DNA of 63,893 nucleotides, filler included, from Intoshia linei (Eukaryota; Animalia; Orthonectida): NCBI GenBank assembly GCA_001642005.1. It is 9 parts of 9 records of this genome, joined end to end, with 100 filler letters (N's around TTAATTAATTAA, not from the genome) between each part and the next. Parts side by side here need not be neighbours in the genome. Positions count along the whole stretch, not along the records: positions 61,501 to 63,893 come from LWCA01002328.1; 8 more parts are not named here. One strand, 5' to 3'. Shown piece by piece: positions 63,552 to 63,893 of this stretch (position 1 is its first letter; each line of letters starts with the position of its first letter). The notes under the pieces were generated by a model. It saw only the letters and a program-made list of their open reading frames with translations, ran no database searches and was not told where the DNA came from. The position numbers and the translations under genes were made by a program.

Positions 63552-63893
63552 GTAATTCATTCTATAAATTGATAAAAGTAGCTATATAAGGATTCAAACA
63601 GCTTTGATAATATTTATACAGTAGAAGCCGCTTATATTGGGACAGAGCAGTTTTGATCACTATAAGCGGCTTTTTGAAATATAGATAACTTTATTTGTTT
63701 ACATATTCGATGAAAGTTATGGATACGAAATATTACATAAAAATACTTAAATAACATTTATTTGGACAAGAAATAATTATCAATTTTAGATTGTATTTTA
63801 TTTTCATGTAATAATTCTTGAATTAAGCGATCATACTTTTAATGCTTTTCAAAGCTTTTAGATCTTTGTTGTACACCTCGACGTAGTACATTC

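Noticed and set aside
1-63893. tRNA, rRNA, snRNA genes, CRISPR arrays, alternative genetic code
   Set aside because: No recognisable signatures seen by eye. The spliced genes translate cleanly with the standard code and GT-AG introns.

Overview
Very AT-rich eukaryotic (animal) scaffold with a compact gene architecture: most introns are GT-AG and 32-56 nt long, and the few long ones are filled with MITE-like repeats. This is consistent with a miniaturised invertebrate genome such as an orthonectid, but that taxonomic guess is inference only. The ORF track fragments every gene, so I spliced genes by hand. Recognisable genes in order: TTLL6/13 tubulin polyglutamylase (+, 5' partial); a GATAD2/p66 NuRD subunit apparently fused to an N-terminal CENP-B-type HTH (-); DNAI1 (-); a hidden 57-aa CaaX-box protein (-); UNC-45 (+, 3' end lost at a gap); a PAS-B protein resembling NCOA/taiman (+, 5' partial); a hidden CHRAC1-like histone-fold gene (-); EFHC1 apparently without its EF-hand (-); a PHD-BRK-TFIIS-SPOC protein of the DIDO1/PHF3/pps family (+); two hidden tandem secreted saposin-like genes (-); a KY/hillarin-like transglutaminase-fold protein (-); an intronless galanin/allatostatin-A-like GPCR with DRY changed to DKL (-); and stomatin-family exons (+). 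The 48.7-57.3 kb region is gap-rich and holds Tc1, mariner, Ty3/gypsy and Transib/Chapaev-like fragments. Best candidates for novelty: the micro-exon saposin pair (one member lacks the C3-C4 disulfide and is very hydrophobic), same-strand gene pairs only 53-156 bp apart (operon-like), the CENP-B HTH-p66 fusion, and the small CaaX gene next to DNAI1.
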